A stretch of DNA of 7,145 bases from Octopus sinensis. Its lineage: Eukaryota. Every line of letters starts with the position of its first letter. The first letter of the stretch is position 1. Location of the stretch: NCBI RefSeq assembly GCF_006345805.1, contig NW_021828971.1, positions 1-7,145 of the forward strand, written 5' to 3'. A program made the translations under genes and the position numbers. The notes under the pieces were generated by a model, which had not been told where the DNA came from, did not search any database, and was given only the letters and a program-made list of their open reading frames with translations. Shown here in pieces: positions 7,109 through 7,145 of the stretch.

Positions 7109-7145
7109 TAGAGAAACTTAGTTATTTTAATATTTCTATTATATA

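Noticed and set aside
327-7111. Supplied ORFs rich in YI/IY, LS or ER repeats
   Set aside because: They are translations of TA, CT and GA microsatellites or of SINE sequence, with no recognisable domain or gene structure.

Overview
Non-coding, repeat-saturated eukaryotic DNA. The tRNA-derived SINE types and dense TA/GATA microsatellites suggest an octopus (cephalopod) genome; this is inferred from recalled repeat families, not from a search. No credible protein-coding gene is present, and the supplied ORFs are microsatellite or repeat read-throughs. Contents: (1) three SINE families, as a tandem array of a truncated unit (1-355), an intact TSD-flanked copy (886-1273), and a rearranged copy (4851-5387) plus an older fragment of that family (2093-2301); (2) two different type I hammerhead ribozyme motifs of the kind found in Penelope-like elements and retrozymes, one inside a 56-bp perfect foldback (1856-1982) and one with a palindromic helix III typical of dimer-acting ribozymes (2772-2847), sharing a downstream 12-mer; (3) a head-to-tail dimer of a non-autonomous Helitron (3536-4573, minus strand) with an exact CTAG|TC junction between two diverged copies; (4) many simple and compound microsatellites.
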